Positions 61,565 through 64,000 of a stretch of DNA of 64,000 nt are shown here, piece by piece. Origin of the DNA: an uncultured Clostridia bacterium (GTDB taxonomy: Bacteria > Bacillota > Clostridia > Christensenellales > CAG-917). The position numbers were made by a program, and so were the translations under genes. The DNA lies in contig CAKQLT010000001.1 of the NCBI GenBank assembly GCA_934254715.1, forward strand, positions 4,095 through 68,094. Reading direction: 5' to 3'. Numbering within the stretch: the first letter of the stretch is position 1; each line of letters opens with the position of its first letter. The notes beneath the pieces were generated by a model. It did no database searches. It had not been told where the DNA came from and was given only the letters and a program-made list of their open reading frames with translations.

Positions 61565-62503
61565 ATGACGGATGAAAGAGAAATGCGCCAGACGCTTGCG
61601 GGCGCGCTTGTCGAAAGAGCAAAAACCGACGACAGAATCGTCGTCATAGAAGCCGACCTTATGAGTTGCCACGCAACGAAGGTTTTCAAGCAAGAGTTTC
61701 CCGAAAGATTCGTAAACGTCGGCATTGCCGAGCAAAATATGATAGGCATTGCGGCGGGTATGTCCACTATGGGCAAGATTCCGTTTGCGTACAGTTTCGG
61801 ACCGTTTGCCACTCGCAGATGTTACGACCAGATTTTTATATCCGTTGCGTACGCTCGCCAAAACGTCAAAATAGTCGGCACTGACCCCGGTGTGCTTGCA
61901 GAGTACAACGGCGGCACGCATATGCCGTTTGAAGATATGGCTCTTATGAGAGCAGTTCCGCATATGGTTTGCTTCGAGCCCGTCGACGCGACTATGCTCG
62001 AAAAAGCGGTTGACCAAATCGTCGATTATCAAGGCGCGGTCTATATCCGTTTGCAGCGCAAAAAAGCCGAAAAAGTGTTTGACGATTCGTTAAACTTTGA
62101 ACTCGGCAAGGCGATAAAAATCAAAGACGGCAAGGACGTGACGTTGATTGCAAGCGGCATTATGGTTGCAAGAGCAATCGAGGCGGCGGAACTTTTGAAA
62201 GAGGAAGGCATAAGCGCAAGAGTGGTGAATATCCACACGTGGAAGCCTATCGACAAAGACGCTATAATCGAATGTGCAAAGGAAACGGGCGCAATCGTCA
62301 CTTGCGAAAACCACAACGTTTGCAACGGTTTGGGCAGCGCGGTTGCCGAAGTCGTATGTCAAAATTCGCCCGTGCCTATGCGTTTGGTCGGCGTGAAAGA
62401 CGAGTTCGGACAAGTGGGTAAGAACGCATATTTGAGCGAGCAATACCACATCACGACGCAAGACATAGTGGAAGCGGCACGAGAAGTCGTCAAGAACAAA
62501 TAA
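61565..62503 (+). CDS. transketolase, C-terminal (pyrimidine-binding) subunit
   Basis: FVNVGIAEQNMIGIAAG and the downstream transketolase C-terminal domain. The gene starts 3 nt after the N-terminal subunit gene. Confidence 0.9.
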   Translation: MTDEREMRQTLAGALVERAKTDDRIVVIEADLMSCHATKVFKQEFPERFVNVGIAEQNMIGIAAGMSTMGKIPFAYSFGPFATRRCYDQIFISVAYARQNVKIVGTDPGVLAEYNGGTHMPFEDMALMRAVPHMVCFEPVDATMLEKAVDQIVDYQGAVYIRLQRKKAEKVFDDSLNFELGKAIKIKDGKDVTLIASGIMVARAIEAAELLKEEGISARVVNIHTWKPIDKDAIIECAKETGAIVTCENHNVCNGLGSAVAEVVCQNSPVPMRLVGVKDEFGQVGKNAYLSEQYHITTQDIVEAAREVVKNK

Positions 62504-62550
62504 TCGTAATTATATCGAAAGATACAAAACAAAAAACATCTAAACGTAAC

Positions 62551-62577
62551 AAAAGCGACGGTTTATCCGTCGCTTTT
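62551..62577. terminator. bidirectional intrinsic terminator
   Basis: aaaagcgacgg-tttat-ccgtcgctttt between convergent genes. Confidence 0.75.
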
Positions 62578-62624
62578 GTATATATAAAACGTTTATTTTG
62601 TTGATTTTTGCTTTTCGCGTGCGA

Positions 62625-64000
62625 TTAATGAACAGAGAAAAGCAAGTCGCCGTAGGAAGGTACGGGCCAGTATTCTTTTGCGGTGAGCAATTCCATTTCG
62701 TCCACGACCTTGCGAAGATTTGCCATTGCGACGAGCACTTCGTCGTGATAGCAACGGCCGCCTTTGACGTTTTCGCCGAGCGAGTGCGCTTTTTGAAGCG
62801 CGTCTTTGAGTGCCTTTACGCAAGCGGTTGCTTCTTTAAGGTGCGTTGCGAGGTCGTTGCAGATATTCTTTTCCTCGTCCGCTTCCACGCCGAGCGCAAG
62901 ACTTTCGTTTGCCGCTTTTGCAACGTCGCCCTTATATTTGATTACGGACGGAATGATGTCCATAGTCGCCATATCCAGCATAGTCATCGCTTCGATGTTG
63001 AGCAGTTTGCAGTAGTTTTGGATATATATATCCTCTCTCGATTTGAGTTCCGCTTCGCTGAAAACGTGCATATGCTTGAACATATCGACGTTCTTTTGGC
63101 TCGTGATGTATGGAAGCGCGTCTATCGTCGAGGGAAGATTGAGCAAGCCTCTGCGCTGTGCTTCTTTCGTCCATTCTTCCGAATAGTTGTTGCCGTTGAA
63201 AATGATTTTGCCGTGCTCGGTCATCACTCGTTTGATGATGTCGGTGATGCCTTGATTGATGTCGGTTGCTTTTTCAAGTTCGTCCGCAAACAACTCGAAT
63301 TGTTCCGCCATTATGGTGTTGAGAATGACGTTTACGCTCGCAATGGATTGCGACGAACCCGGCATACGGAACTCGAATTTGTTTCCCGTGAACGCAAACG
63401 GGGAAGTACGGTTGCGGTCGGACGAGTCCATAGAGAACTTAGGCAAAACGTGTACGCCGATTTCCACTTCGCATTTTGCGCGTCTCGAATAGGTGCGGCC
63501 GTCTGCGATTGCTTGCATAATGCCCGTGAGTTCTTCGCCGAGGAACATACTCACGATTGCGGGCGGCGCTTCGTTTGCGCCGAGACGGTGGTCGTTGGAC
63601 GCGGAAGCGACTGCGATACGAAGAAGGTCTTGGTGACTGTCAACCGCCGCGATAACCGCCGCGAGTATGAGAAGGAATTGCGCATTGTCTTGCGGACTCT
63701 TGCCGGGGTCGAGAAGGTTGCCAGAATCCGTCGAAATTGACCAGTTGTTGTGCTTGCCGCTTCCGTTTACGCCGTCAAAAGGCTTTTCGTGAAGAAGACA
63801 AGTCATATTGTGCTTTGCCGCAACCTTTTTCATAATTTCCATCGTAAGTTGGTTTTGGTCGGTTGCGACGTTGACCGTCGTGTAGATAGGCGCAAATTCG
63901 TGTTGCGCGGGCGCGACTTCGTTGTGTTTGGTCTTTGCGAGAATACCGAGTTTCCAGAGTTCCTCGTCAAGTTCTTTCATATACTTGACCACGCGGGGTT
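62625..64000 (-). CDS. glnN: type III glutamine synthetase, 5'-truncated by the window edge
   Basis: KTKHNEVAPAQHEFAPIY, NGSGKHNNWS and NDHRLGANEAPPAI, followed by a long C-terminal extension typical of GSIII. The frame stays open to nt 64000. Confidence 0.8.
   Translation of the reverse strand, partial: PRVVKYMKELDEELWKLGILAKTKHNEVAPAQHEFAPIYTTVNVATDQNQLTMEIMKKVAAKHNMTCLLHEKPFDGVNGSGKHNNWSISTDSGNLLDPGKSPQDNAQFLLILAAVIAAVDSHQDLLRIAVASASNDHRLGANEAPPAIVSMFLGEELTGIMQAIADGRTYSRRAKCEVEIGVHVLPKFSMDSSDRNRTSPFAFTGNKFEFRMPGSSQSIASVNVILNTIMAEQFELFADELEKATDINQGITDIIKRVMTEHGKIIFNGNNYSEEWTKEAQRRGLLNLPSTIDALPYITSQKNVDMFKHMHVFSEAELKSREDIYIQNYCKLLNIEAMTMLDMATMDIIPSVIKYKGDVAKAANESLALGVEADEEKNICNDLATHLKEATACVKALKDALQKAHSLGENVKGGRCYHDEVLVAMANLRKVVDEMELLTAKEYWPVPSYGDLLFSVH

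Noticed and set aside
1-64000. Mobile elements, prophage, CRISPR-cas, restriction-modification or known defence systems
   Set aside because: No transposase, integrase, recombinase, phage structural, cas, methyltransferase or nuclease-type motifs were seen in any ORF of 60 aa or more. The only HGT-like signals are the two AT-rich segments reported above.

Overview
This 64 kb chromosomal window looks like it comes from a spore-forming Firmicutes/Clostridia-type bacterium: it has a gerA-type germination operon, Gram-positive lipoboxes, GGAGG ribosome-binding sites and standard genetic code 11. About 55 protein genes and 2 tRNAs are supported. Housekeeping content: dut, guaA and pyrG; a BMP-family nucleoside-type ABC transporter; tRNA-Arg(CCT) and tRNA-Pro(GGG); a rhodanese-TtcA fusion; gdhA, fhs and dapB; a split transketolase; and a type III glutamine synthetase that is cut by the window edge. 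Regulators present are GntR, LysR, XRE, a two-component pair and an ECF-type sigma factor. No transposase, integrase, cas gene, CRISPR array or rRNA was seen. The most interesting parts are: (1) a 7 kb block of three very large uncharacterised envelope proteins at 36.5-43.7 kb; (2) a composite structured intergenic repeat family (tandem GATAT-hairpin arrays plus a long palindromic core) with two copies, at 3.4 kb and 46.7 kb; (3) a 147-nt rod-like hairpin that starts inside the last codons of gdhA; (4) an AT-rich island encoding a sigma factor, an anti-sigma factor, a secreted cysteine peptidase and a lipoprotein. In addition, most native genes carry gene-length antisense ORFs in codon register, which means TTA, CTA and TCA codons are almost absent. 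All family names come from motifs read by eye. No database search, GC calculation or RNA folding was run.
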